DNA of 64,000 nt from IMG/VR virus record IMGVR_UViG_3300032307_000797; one strand, written 5' to 3'. A program made the position numbers and the translations under genes. Origin of the DNA: a virus. This document shows, one piece after another, positions 19,612 through 29,694 of this stretch (its first letter is position 1; each line of letters opens with the position of its first letter). The notes beneath the pieces were generated by a model that saw nothing but the letters and a program-made list of their open reading frames with translations, did not search any database and had not been told where the DNA came from.

Positions 19612-20983
19612 TTGTTTTTACATTTATAAACATTACGTTATTTTCGTCCGTAATCGATTCAATTATTAAGTTTTCACTTACTTGATTAAAACCATCAGAT
19701 TTGTAATCAATCTTTCTTTGTTGCATCTCAGTAACAAATCTCTTTTCATTTTTTGCGGTTGTTGCACCTTTAGCCCAAGTACCATTCACAAAACCCTCAT
19801 CGGTATGTGATAAACAATAGAACGAACCTTCTCTTCTATATGGTAAGATGTTACCAATTACATTGATATCTTCGGTTCCAAATTCCACATTTTCGTGGTC
19901 AATTTCAAAGTATTCATTACTGTAATCGTAATCCATAACCAAATCATTCTCCTCGTTATAGATTTTAATTTCCGCAACTTTACCTTTAAAATATGTATTC
20001 TGATTCGGACAAAATCCAACAGTGAATGGCCTGACAGAATCAAAACTTTTCATATCTCCAATATAAATTGGTTCATTCTCTTTGATACCGTTGATGTTTG
20101 TTTCTAACTCATCATTTACGTAGAAATATAACTTACCGTTTGGTTTGTCATATTTGTATGTGACTCTCGTCCACAATCCTTCTTGTCTTTTTGCCCAATT
20201 GTATTTTACATCACCGGTTTTATCTGTTCCCAAGAACGTAACCGCCCTTGAATTATTAAAAGATAAACCCCAAGTATTTCCACCTTCTTTTCTAAGGATT
20301 GGGTATTCAATAAATTTCCTACTTGGGTCACCAACTAACCATATCGGTACTTTCTCATTTTGTTGTTCGGGATAGAACAATACACTAACCGTATGAGTGT
20401 TGTTTAATGCGGTACTAATCTCTCTATTACACCCTAATCTCAGTAGTGAATTCTCTCCGTTGAATTCAATATAACCTCGGTTTTTATGTTGTTCACTTAA
20501 TCGGTATTCAACATAGTTTTCAAAGTAACATCTCCAAAACAAATCATCATCTTCTTGACCCCAATCCCAATACTCATTTGAATAACCGTTTGTTTTTTCA
20601 ACGTGTTCTTTGGTAAATAAAACGACTCCACCAAAGTACTGGTCATAACCTAATCCGTAACTGTACTTTGATAGTTTAGTTGCTATATGTGTGGGATTCT
20701 CTTCAGGATATGAATAATCTGGTAAGGTATCCATATGTTTTGTGTATGCCAACATGTCTACATCATGCCAAGCGATATAATCGCATCCATCCTCAAATGC
20801 ATACTTGGCGGCAATATTCTTCATCATTCCTCTATTAAAGAGATTATCATCAACCTGATGTCCCACATAAAACTTGTGGTCAATCCCTCTTTCGTTTAGA
20901 TATGAAGATAGATGTGGAACCAATCTATCAAGATGTTCCTTTCTGTTTCTATATGGTATGCAAATTCCTAATTTATGTTTCAT
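19598..20983 (-). CDS. GT7 (beta-1,4-galactosyltransferase-like) with inserted LamG domain
   Basis: IPYRNR, FNRGMMKN, WHDVD, YFGGV, NGYSNEYWDWGQEDDD; then a LamG-like segment FNGENS...FKGKVAEIKIYN. Confidence 0.85.
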   Translation of the reverse strand: MKHKLGICIPYRNRKEHLDRLVPHLSSYLNERGIDHKFYVGHQVDDNLFNRGMMKNIAAKYAFEDGCDYIAWHDVDMLAYTKHMDTLPDYSYPEENPTHIATKLSKYSYGLGYDQYFGGVVLFTKEHVEKTNGYSNEYWDWGQEDDDLFWRCYFENYVEYRLSEQHKNRGYIEFNGENSLLRLGCNREISTALNNTHTVSVLFYPEQQNEKVPIWLVGDPSRKFIEYPILRKEGGNTWGLSFNNSRAVTFLGTDKTGDVKYNWAKRQEGLWTRVTYKYDKPNGKLYFYVNDELETNINGIKENEPIYIGDMKSFDSVRPFTVGFCPNQNTYFKGKVAEIKIYNEENDLVMDYDYSNEYFEIDHENVEFGTEDINVIGNILPYRREGSFYCLSHTDEGFVNGTWAKGATTAKNEKRFVTEMQQRKIDYKSDGFNQVSENLIIESITDENNVMFINVKTNGPR

Positions 20984-22389
20984 ATTCCTACTACTACATG
21001 TATTTGTTGTTTAACTTTTGAAAGAGAATGTTCAACAAAATCACAATTAGATAAACCATCTTCTTTTGTGTTTCTGTATCCTTTCTGTACCTCATTGTAA
21101 AACTTTAATTGATTATATCTTGTCATATCACTCTTCCATCCGGTCTTAACGAATCCATTCTCTTCATGGGTTAATAATTCAAATGTTGATTTTCTTCTAA
21201 ATGGAACATCGATTGTTTTTGATTCGGAATACGATTCACCAACAATTTCACAGTTATAAATTTCACCATCATTATCTCCACACAAGTCAATTAATTTATA
21301 ACCCCTAATGAATTTAGAATCGTAGTAAAGTATCAACGCGTGGTCAGATGAGTATCTTCCAAAACTTTGTGTTAAACCAAAGTATTTGTTATTCGATATC
21401 TCCCTGATTTCCGAATATGGTAATTCTTTATTGAATACTGCAAATGAACTAATCAAACCCCTGTAATAATTCTGGTCTCTTTTTCTTGTTGGGTCACCAA
21501 CACCTAAATAAAAGAATTCTTCCTTCTCATATTTGTGAAGAGTTCTATAACTCTCCTGTGAAACCAAATCACCGTCCTGATAAAATTTAATTAGGTTATC
21601 GTTTGGATTAATGGTAACCGCTACGTTAGTTCTGTAGTTTGTTTTAATGTTTGAATATTGGTAGATGATATTTCTTCCACCATCAAATATTTCCAATGTG
21701 TATCGAGCATAAGAATTATATGTTACCGTGAAATCATAACCCGCAATTGAGAATACTGAATATTTGTCATCCATTTTTTCGTGGTCACAAATAAACTCAT
21801 CAGGAAAGAATGAAATAAAAATGGTGAACTCCTCTCTTTGTTTGAAGAAGTTCTTACCTCTAACATACGCATCAATTCCGTTGAATTTAAGTGATGCGAC
21901 ATTACCTCCCTTCATTTCAATTTCTTTAACATCCAATGGGACGCCATTTATTTTACATCTGTGTAAAAGGTCAGTATCTTCATATCCCCATCCCCAATAA
22001 TCATTTGAATATCCATTGATATGTTCAAACATGGTAACAGGGAACATAGTTACACCACCGAAGTATTCATCAAACACGATTCTTTTTGTTTCACCAATAA
22101 AATCGGTTGCCATTTGAACTGGTACATCTGAATATGAATAATCAACATCAACCGGTATCATGTCCACATCATGAAATGCAACATAATCACATTTATTTTT
22201 CTTGGCGTATAGAAACCCCACATTCAACAGTTTACCTCTGTTAAATGCTTTACCGTTATCTTGTTCAACCACAATTAATTCAAAATCAATTCCCCTTTCA
22301 TTTAGATATGGGATGATTTTTTTCTTGAATGTTTGTAGATGTTCGAATCGGTCTCGATAGGGAACTATAACACCAAGTTTCTTATCCAT
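20980..22389 (-). CDS. GT7 (beta-1,4-galactosyltransferase-like) with inserted LamG domain
   Basis: VPYRDR, FNRGKLLNVG, FHDVD, YFGGV, NGYSNDYWGWGYEDTD; then a LamG-like segment LKFNGIDAY...FAVFNKEL. Confidence 0.88.
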   Translation of the reverse strand: MDKKLGVIVPYRDRFEHLQTFKKKIIPYLNERGIDFELIVVEQDNGKAFNRGKLLNVGFLYAKKNKCDYVAFHDVDMIPVDVDYSYSDVPVQMATDFIGETKRIVFDEYFGGVTMFPVTMFEHINGYSNDYWGWGYEDTDLLHRCKINGVPLDVKEIEMKGGNVASLKFNGIDAYVRGKNFFKQREEFTIFISFFPDEFICDHEKMDDKYSVFSIAGYDFTVTYNSYARYTLEIFDGGRNIIYQYSNIKTNYRTNVAVTINPNDNLIKFYQDGDLVSQESYRTLHKYEKEEFFYLGVGDPTRKRDQNYYRGLISSFAVFNKELPYSEIREISNNKYFGLTQSFGRYSSDHALILYYDSKFIRGYKLIDLCGDNDGEIYNCEIVGESYSESKTIDVPFRRKSTFELLTHEENGFVKTGWKSDMTRYNQLKFYNEVQKGYRNTKEDGLSNCDFVEHSLSKVKQQIHVVVGI

Positions 22390-22600
22390 TTATGGTTGGG
22401 TCCTTCGGTTTAATTGAATTATGCCATTCGGACAGATACCATTGGATTCTATCCCCCCACTCTTTCTTATCTACCTCTTCAAACCACACGGTTAATGCAT
22501 CCAAAGAGTTGGCAATCTTCTCAAGAGCTTTAACTTTTCTTTGTTCAAGAAGTAAGAACTCATTTTGTTCTTCTGAATTGGTTGTTTTTCTTCCACTCAT
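22382..22600 (-). CDS. Hypothetical protein
   Basis: 72-aa ORF overlapping both neighbours in operon fashion. Confidence 0.7.
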   Translation of the reverse strand: MSGRKTTNSEEQNEFLLLEQRKVKALEKIANSLDALTVWFEEVDKKEWGDRIQWYLSEWHNSIKPKDPTING

Positions 22601-23454
22601 ATTGTTATGATTTTTTTAATTAATTTATTCCATTGTTTATATCTCATGTATTCAGGCTTAATCAAACCCTTTTCAAACATAAACTCCGGGTCATCCAAAT
22701 TGAGTTGTCCTCTTGTTTTGGATACTTCTTTATACATTTTTCTGTATTCTTCAGAAAATGCGTACTCCTGATTAATAGATGCAACATTTCTCATACGTTG
22801 AGTTGATGTTGAATCCCATTTAAAGTGATGTACTTGGACGGTATGTGATGGTACCGGAGCAATTAATGGATGATTCCACCCTTGCCATCTCCAAGTAGTA
22901 TGGTTAAGTATTTTTGCGTAGTGCTGACCGTTGGTGATTTCAACATATCCCTTAACAACACAAATTTTGTTTGGGCACGCATCACTCATCGGGTATCTAA
23001 AAAATCCCGCATTTGGGAATTGTTTCCAAAGTGAATCTTTTTGATTTATTTCGGGGAATGTACCATCAGGACCGATTCTATCTATGAAACCGCCTCTCAC
23101 AATGTCCCAATTATTGGCTTCACAATCGATAATCAACTGTCTTAAATCATCTTCAGGGTAAAGATGTAACTCATCAATGTCAGCAATTACCCACCAATCG
23201 TTTGGGTGTTCTCTTTTAACGTAATTGTATAGTTGTGTAACCTTCTCCCAATCAAAAATCCTATCATATACGGTTTTGACAACCTTTACATTGGGATACT
23301 CGCGAATAATCTCACTAACTTCATTAGCCAGCTCTCTGTATAAATCAGATTCATATACCACGAGATTAATTTCGTCCACATATCTTTGATAATGTTCAAT
23401 ATAATGTTTAAGGAGATTAGTTCCATGTCCAATTACACTTAATGCTCGTATCAT
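22597..23454 (-). CDS. GT-A glycosyltransferase (GT2-like)
   Basis: LKHYIEHY and DWWVIADIDE (DxD) motif; VHHFKW. Confidence 0.75.
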   Translation of the reverse strand: MIRALSVIGHGTNLLKHYIEHYQRYVDEINLVVYESDLYRELANEVSEIIREYPNVKVVKTVYDRIFDWEKVTQLYNYVKREHPNDWWVIADIDELHLYPEDDLRQLIIDCEANNWDIVRGGFIDRIGPDGTFPEINQKDSLWKQFPNAGFFRYPMSDACPNKICVVKGYVEITNGQHYAKILNHTTWRWQGWNHPLIAPVPSHTVQVHHFKWDSTSTQRMRNVASINQEYAFSEEYRKMYKEVSKTRGQLNLDDPEFMFEKGLIKPEYMRYKQWNKLIKKIITI

Positions 23455-24179
23455 TTTTTTCTATTAATAATCGTAATTCCAGTTGATGATGGCTTTGAAG
23501 GAATTATACGAAAATTGAATAGATTTATCAAGTTCCAATCGGGATTTTCTTGAATTTCTTTTATGAATTTTGGTGGACCGTCGAACTTATGGTAATCTTT
23601 CTTAGCATCTTCAGAAACGATTAGATTATTTTCATAATTCTCATCGGTATCGTGGATTACAATGACACCATTCTCCGTTAATAACTTGGAATAGAGTTCG
23701 AAGTCCTTTTTCACTCCTTCATAAGTATGGTCACCGTCAATAAAGAGAAAATCAATTTTTATATCTTGTAAAGTAAAAAAGTTATAATACGCGTTTTCTG
23801 AGGTATTTTTAATAAATCGTGGGTAAAACGTTTTTCTATAGAAAGAATCTTCGTTATCTAAATCAGTTTGTCCGCCAATTCCATTACATGCATCGACCAC
23901 ATAGGTTACGCCAATGTCACCCCAATTATAATCGGGATTACCCTCAAAAATACCTTGTTTGTGGAGGTCAATACGTGCTTGGGTAATGATACGAGGAATG
24001 AACCCACCACCAGAACCGATACATACACAGTTCTTTGCCCTTAATTGTTGGATAAGGGCATAAACAACAATCCCGTCACCTATATGGAAGTCGGTTGCAC
24101 CGTGCGTCCAACGATAGGGAACGGGATTATCTCCGTTGTTTGTTATAAACTGCTTAATAAAGTCACTATTGGTAATCAC
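23451..24179 (-). CDS. Class I SAM-dependent methyltransferase (Methyltransf_24-like)
   Basis: CIGSGGG, IDFLFIDGDHTYEGVKKDF, VIHD; GTG start. Confidence 0.85.
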   Translation of the reverse strand: MITNSDFIKQFITNNGDNPVPYRWTHGATDFHIGDGIVVYALIQQLRAKNCVCIGSGGGFIPRIITQARIDLHKQGIFEGNPDYNWGDIGVTYVVDACNGIGGQTDLDNEDSFYRKTFYPRFIKNTSENAYYNFFTLQDIKIDFLFIDGDHTYEGVKKDFELYSKLLTENGVIVIHDTDENYENNLIVSEDAKKDYHKFDGPPKFIKEIQENPDWNLINLFNFRIIPSKPSSTGITIINRKK

Positions 24180-24201
24180 AATAGTGATAATTTACGAAAA
24201 A

Positions 24202-24564
24202 TTATTCAGGTTGTGAAGGGGCTGACGGTGAATTTTCGTCAATGGGTCTTGTCCACTCCTCAGTCGCCAACAATACTAAGATTTCTTCGTGATTATACTC
24301 AGGGAATACACCATTGTAAATTGATGGTCTTCCATAGATACCAGCGGCAATCGTCGATGTCACTTCCTCCATTGTTTCGGGGTTAATGAACGTATTAGTG
24401 ATATCATTCTCAACGATATTAACCTCATACTTAATAAATGTTTTGGTTCCGTCAACGGAATAACGAAGTGTTTCAGGTGAATTTTCATGTACCTGATTAA
24501 AATCTACGTTTTCTACTTCTGTAGTTGGGATTACCAACCATCTTCTGTTTGGAAAATTGCTCAT
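24202..24564 (-). CDS. Hypothetical, probably virion-associated (start moved to ATG 24564)
   Basis: MSNFPNRRWLVIP...; TATTTAT and an A-rich leader lie just upstream. Confidence 0.7.
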   Translation of the reverse strand: MSNFPNRRWLVIPTTEVENVDFNQVHENSPETLRYSVDGTKTFIKYEVNIVENDITNTFINPETMEEVTSTIAAGIYGRPSIYNGVFPEYNHEEILVLLATEEWTRPIDENSPSAPSQPE

Positions 24565-24601
24565 ATTGTTTTTTTTTATTTTATAAATATTTGTTTTATT
24601 G

Positions 24602-26458
24602 TTAACGGACCCATGTAGTATATCCTTGAGAGTCACTCGCCGAAGAATCTGTGTTATACCATCCTTCATATGAACCCTCACTGGTACCATGACCTAAATA
24701 GCACCCATCTGATGGGTCACCACTTGAACTATATAATCCCGCAGCTCCAATAGTTGATTGGTTACTATTCGCATTAAATGACGCGTCATTTTGAACCGCA
24801 TCCAATACAAAATATCCTGCATTTGATGCAACCGAACCACTTCCACCAATTGTGACATTGGCTCGAGCAACTTTTTCAGTGTATCTTGAATTACCTGTAG
24901 TTGTTAAACTCCATTCTGCGGTTACATGTATCCCTAAATTACTTGGGTAGGTATATGTACCGTTGGTTGATGCAAATCCCCAGCCGATTATTTTTACTTT
25001 ACTAAATTCTAAACTGTCCATCATCGAACCAATGATATAATCCCCATTTGGGTCAGGTAAACCTAATACTCCACTTCTATTAAGATAATAACTTGAACTA
25101 TTTCTTGAAGTACCTCCCGGTATTGTAGTGACGGACGCATTGTTTGATGCGACCATCATCCATCCACCATTTGCGTCGAAATCACAATATACTTCTTGTG
25201 CTGAACCGCCATAACTTGTTGGTTTAATCCAATAAGTTCCTCTTGCTCTAATACCTAAATTATAAAGATGTTGAGCATTAGGTGCAGCCAACGCCGCAGA
25301 ACTACCATCTTTAATTGCCGGTAAACTATAACGTGGTCTGAAATGTTCATATATGTCAAACATTTCTGATTGAGTTATCGCTCTGTTAAAAACCATATTA
25401 ACAGGTATCTTCCCGTTATAGTTATAATCATATCCTGAATTTCTTTGGGACAACATCCCAATACGTGCCAATCCACTACCATTATTGACATATCCACCAG
25501 CCGCAGTTGTTGATGTAACTAATGCGCCATTTGAATATAATTTTAAGGTTGTTCCATCATATGTTATTGAGTGCATACCCCACGTGTTATTACTCATTCC
25601 ATGTCCCGCCATGGAACCGTCTGTACCATTATGTCTCCATAATATTGTGGACCCATCAGAACCCATGTGATGCCAAAATCCATACGGATACGTATTATAT
25701 TGAGGGAAAGAATATTCCATATTTGCTAAATCGGTGGGTCTCATAACAGTAACCAACGTATATGGTGAACTGGATGATAACACATCTTGACTTACTTGAA
25801 TATATGTGTTGGTTCCGTCAAAGTTTAATTCATTTCCACTAAATGGACTGTTGACCACTTCAAGAGTGGAATTACCTGAGATATCAATTAAAGATTGTGT
25901 TGAGCTTCTTGAGCCATTAACAAATGGTGTTGCTATCGAACCCGCCTCAACTTGGGGCATTGTCACTTCCCAAGAATTATTATCACCACCGTAAGTACCT
26001 CCATATGAAATTAAATAAAATGTTATACTTGTTGTAGTATATGTTCTTGTCATCGTCACTCTTGTCCATTCACCCGGACAACATTTTCCATGACCCTCCG
26101 CGGTGTCGCTAATTCCACCCCCGCTCGTATAGATGACACCTCCATTATTTCCGGAACCACCTCCTAAATATCTAAAATATGCAGATAACGTATATGTTCC
26201 AGTACTTGGGAGCGATATTCCACGGTATAAACCATTCCATGAACCCCTATTATACATTTTATATCCGGTGGTTCCAAATTCGGTGATGAATGTACCGTCA
26301 TTGCCGTTATCATAGGTTGACCATCCGGACATTGTTGATGCATTGGATACTAAATTAGTGGTTGGTTTTCCTTTAAAAGATGTGTCGGTATCACCAGTAT
26401 CATAAAATAATTTTAACCCCGATGTTGGTAGTTTTCCATATCCTGTTCTTGAAGCCAT
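24602..26458 (-). CDS. LamG lectin + inserted CBM-like domain + C-terminal fibrinogen-like domain
   Basis: GLKLFYD...GKPTTN, FDGTNTYI, FNRAIT; GTYWIKP...VYCDFDANGGWMMV. Confidence 0.8.
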   Translation of the reverse strand: MASRTGYGKLPTSGLKLFYDTGDTDTSFKGKPTTNLVSNASTMSGWSTYDNGNDGTFITEFGTTGYKMYNRGSWNGLYRGISLPSTGTYTLSAYFRYLGGGSGNNGGVIYTSGGGISDTAEGHGKCCPGEWTRVTMTRTYTTTSITFYLISYGGTYGGDNNSWEVTMPQVEAGSIATPFVNGSRSSTQSLIDISGNSTLEVVNSPFSGNELNFDGTNTYIQVSQDVLSSSSPYTLVTVMRPTDLANMEYSFPQYNTYPYGFWHHMGSDGSTILWRHNGTDGSMAGHGMSNNTWGMHSITYDGTTLKLYSNGALVTSTTAAGGYVNNGSGLARIGMLSQRNSGYDYNYNGKIPVNMVFNRAITQSEMFDIYEHFRPRYSLPAIKDGSSAALAAPNAQHLYNLGIRARGTYWIKPTSYGGSAQEVYCDFDANGGWMMVASNNASVTTIPGGTSRNSSSYYLNRSGVLGLPDPNGDYIIGSMMDSLEFSKVKIIGWGFASTNGTYTYPSNLGIHVTAEWSLTTTGNSRYTEKVARANVTIGGSGSVASNAGYFVLDAVQNDASFNANSNQSTIGAAGLYSSSGDPSDGCYLGHGTSEGSYEGWYNTDSSASDSQGYTTWVR

Positions 26459-27654
26459 TATATTCCGAATCGTTTTTTATAGTTATTATAATTCATCAAC
26501 ACATCTGATGCAGATAGTTGTTTATTATAAATTTTAACCGCATTTATTTTCTTTGATGTGAATTCACTTGACCATCCCCAACCGATTCTCATTTGTTGAG
26601 TGGAGAAGTCACCGGTAAACCCCGCAACTGAACCCTTCAAAACACCGTTTAAATAACAATACGCGGTTGTCCCATCTCTTACCATTACCACGTGATTCCA
26701 TGTATTTAATGATAACGTCCATCCAGGTGTACTCCCATATGTTGTAAATGATGGGTTATAATAATAAATTGCCCCATCATTTACGTTTGCTTTAAGAGTA
26801 AAAATACTTTGGTCAGGTAACGACACCATGTGAGTATAATTCGAAAATGATTGTGGATAAATCATTACCTCAATCGTAAATGGACCCGTACCAAATGCGT
26901 AGTTTGAACTCGATGATACGTTAATGTAATCATCGGTTCCGTCAAATTGTATCATACCATTTGAATCGTATGATACGTTTGCCAAATTGATTGTATTATT
27001 ATTCACAATATCAATCAATCCTTGTGTTGTACTTCTTGTACCGGCAACAAGTGGGGTTACGTGGTCCTTTTCTTCAACTTGGTGACCAAAATACCATACT
27101 TTGTCTCCCACATATGTACCAATATAATTACTAATATAAACCCCATCTTCATTTGATGCCACAGTACCTGTCGCACTAATTCTAATCCATTGATTAACCG
27201 GCCATGTTGATGAATCGGTATTCCCATTATATGCTAAATTCGCTAATCCGACATTTGTTATGTTTGTTCTTAGATATGGTTGGGAAGCACCTGCTCTGTT
27301 TTGTCGATACCACACCGAAACTGTATACGTTCTTGATGGGGAAATATATGTAAACCCACAACCAAAATGGACACTACCTCCTGCGGTTGTGTTTCTTCCA
27401 CTTTGAATTCTAAGATTAGTGGTATTGACACCGGGTATTGATGGTTTAGGAACATCGGTTTCATTATCATTATGAACCCAAGAACCCGCATTAACCCACG
27501 ATATTACTGACGATAGATATTCACTACCTCCCTGACCATTATTATAAGATAGGTTTGTGGTTGGTTCTCCTTTAAATGAATTGGCGGTATCCGATGTATC
27601 ATAACCGAAAACCAAACCGAATCTATCTGTATATGGACCAATTGATTGTGACAT
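26458..27654 (-). CDS. LamG (ConA-like) virion lectin with insert
   Basis: GLVFGYD, GEPTTN, FDGTDDYI, WNHVVMVR, KIYNKQL. Confidence 0.85.
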   Translation of the reverse strand: MSQSIGPYTDRFGLVFGYDTSDTANSFKGEPTTNLSYNNGQGGSEYLSSVISWVNAGSWVHNDNETDVPKPSIPGVNTTNLRIQSGRNTTAGGSVHFGCGFTYISPSRTYTVSVWYRQNRAGASQPYLRTNITNVGLANLAYNGNTDSSTWPVNQWIRISATGTVASNEDGVYISNYIGTYVGDKVWYFGHQVEEKDHVTPLVAGTRSTTQGLIDIVNNNTINLANVSYDSNGMIQFDGTDDYINVSSSSNYAFGTGPFTIEVMIYPQSFSNYTHMVSLPDQSIFTLKANVNDGAIYYYNPSFTTYGSTPGWTLSLNTWNHVVMVRDGTTAYCYLNGVLKGSVAGFTGDFSTQQMRIGWGWSSEFTSKKINAVKIYNKQLSASDVLMNYNNYKKRFGI

Positions 27655-28373
27655 TAAAATCTCTTGATTAAATTATTATGTATTGATATTATCTCATTAT
27701 TTCCCAATGCTCTTGTGTATATACTAAAATTGTAGATTTTTCCACCAAATGAAAACCCTTCGTTACCTCCCCAAGTACCATATGGATAAAGTGTTCCTAA
27801 TGTAACTCCATTAAAATCACCATATTGATTTGTGGTGGTATTAATTCCGTGACTCGCAGTTGTTAACAACACCCCATCTAAAAAAATTCTAATTTCCGTT
27901 AACCCAAATGCAAATGAGAATACATGGGTATCGTTTAAACTAAAAGATGATGTGTTATATCCATAACTATTTGATGAATCACCCAATAAATTAAGTCCGA
28001 TATATGGTGACCCACTATTGTATTGATATACTATTTGATAATTATATTGTCCCGAACCGTTCCATGGTCTGGACACTATTCTACCCTCACCTCTTTCAGT
28101 TGTTGCCCTAAAACAAACAGTAAATGTTCTTAACGCCCCATAATATACTTTTTGGTTATCATCATTTTGTGCATAATATAACATATCGTTTGAACCATCA
28201 AATTCAACCGAATTTGTTCCTACCGTTGGTGTGTTATATGCTTGAAAATATTTTGTTGGGTTCACAATGTTATAGAATACATCACCAGTACCGGGATAGC
28301 ATAATTTATCACCCGGGTCCCATAAAACCGCTAATGAATCTGTTGGTATTCTACTACTAAAATGTAACGCCAT
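27654..28373 (-). CDS. LamG (ConA-like) virion lectin, no insert
   Basis: FDGSNDML, IFLDG, FGGKIYNFSIYTRAL. Confidence 0.85.
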   Translation of the reverse strand: MALHFSSRIPTDSLAVLWDPGDKLCYPGTGDVFYNIVNPTKYFQAYNTPTVGTNSVEFDGSNDMLYYAQNDDNQKVYYGALRTFTVCFRATTERGEGRIVSRPWNGSGQYNYQIVYQYNSGSPYIGLNLLGDSSNSYGYNTSSFSLNDTHVFSFAFGLTEIRIFLDGVLLTTASHGINTTTNQYGDFNGVTLGTLYPYGTWGGNEGFSFGGKIYNFSIYTRALGNNEIISIHNNLIKRF

Positions 28374-28404
28374 ATTTTAATTCTCTATATTTTATAAATA
28401 CCTT

Positions 28405-29694
28405 TTAGGTCAAACCATATTGACGTTTATATTTTAAGTAATTGTTTGAGATTTCTGTAGATGTTAACACTCTATTATAAATTTTAACAACGGGTATTGT
28501 ACCATTAAATTCTCCCGGTACCCCCATACTATTATATATGTCACCTATTCGTAAAATACCCAATCCATGATTCCATGTGGTTCCAATACCGTTTGCGGTG
28601 GTCTCTAAAATACCGTTAAAGTATATTTTTAATTGACCCAAATTACTCCATGTAATTACCGCATGAAAATATTGACCAATGGGGATGTTTGTTGTGGATG
28701 TCACTATTGCCCCAACACAATACCCCCTAAACTCTAATTTATTGTCGGAACCACCTCTTTTAATTCCAAATCCCGTACCTGCGGGTCCAACATAATCACC
28801 CATAATACCCGAATAACCAGTTAAGTTATTTGCCATTGCCACAATTTCAAATGAAATTTCTGTTGGTGTTGGTCCAACAATGTCAGTCAGGTATCCAACA
28901 GGTAAGTAGTCATCCGTTCCGTCAAATACAATTTGTGAAGCACTATTAAATGAAACATTAGATAAATCCGTTTCAATGTTTCCAGTTAAATCCAATAATC
29001 CTTGGGTATTTGAACGGGTACCTGAAACCCATCTCACGGGTCCCGATGGAAATGTTACATGTTCGGTAACTGTTAAATTTGCGAAATACCCTTCCCCTTG
29101 TGTTGCTGCGTCCAAATAAATGTATAAAGCAGAGATACTTGACGGAGTTTTATCGTCTCTTATATCAACAATTAAAGATATTTTTTGCCAATATCCCATT
29201 CTATTGATGTCATTGTTCCAATCGTCTCCTGAACCTGAAGTATATGTTAAATTCCAACCATATGTGTCGGTAGTACTATCAGTTGAGGTAATCCCCAAAT
29301 AACCATTTAATCCAGTACCTGAATTACTATGTCTAACATAGGGCGTCACTCCATAATAATCAAAACTAATTTGTATGTATTCGGTATTCGCATTTAATGC
29401 CTGAAAAACCATTGACCCTTTATTAAGTCCTGCGTTGTTGTAATAGGTACCTGTATTTGATTGTGCGGGATTTGTCACATAATTTCTATAAACAATACCC
29501 GAATCTATCACTTTACCTAAAAAATAATTTGTTTGTATAATTTCCAACCCGCTTCCATGACCATTAGGGTTACCCGATAAAAATATATTTGTTGCAGGTT
29601 GTCCTTTGAAGGAATTTGTGATATCTTTTAAATCAAAAGCAAATACCAACGATTCCGAACCCGAAACTTTACCATATCCGTCTTGAACTGCCAT
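28405..29694 (-). CDS. LamG virion lectin with insert
   Basis: LVFAFD, GQPATN, FDGTDDYL, KIYNRVL. Confidence 0.85.
   Translation of the reverse strand: MAVQDGYGKVSGSESLVFAFDLKDITNSFKGQPATNIFLSGNPNGHGSGLEIIQTNYFLGKVIDSGIVYRNYVTNPAQSNTGTYYNNAGLNKGSMVFQALNANTEYIQISFDYYGVTPYVRHSNSGTGLNGYLGITSTDSTTDTYGWNLTYTSGSGDDWNNDINRMGYWQKISLIVDIRDDKTPSSISALYIYLDAATQGEGYFANLTVTEHVTFPSGPVRWVSGTRSNTQGLLDLTGNIETDLSNVSFNSASQIVFDGTDDYLPVGYLTDIVGPTPTEISFEIVAMANNLTGYSGIMGDYVGPAGTGFGIKRGGSDNKLEFRGYCVGAIVTSTTNIPIGQYFHAVITWSNLGQLKIYFNGILETTANGIGTTWNHGLGILRIGDIYNSMGVPGEFNGTIPVVKIYNRVLTSTEISNNYLKYKRQYGLT

Noticed and set aside
24565-24690. Upstream starts given by the track (24690, 7848, 31582, 56009, 58641)
   Set aside because: They overlap upstream genes or promoter motifs, or are non-ATG. 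Downstream ATGs with A-rich leaders fit better.
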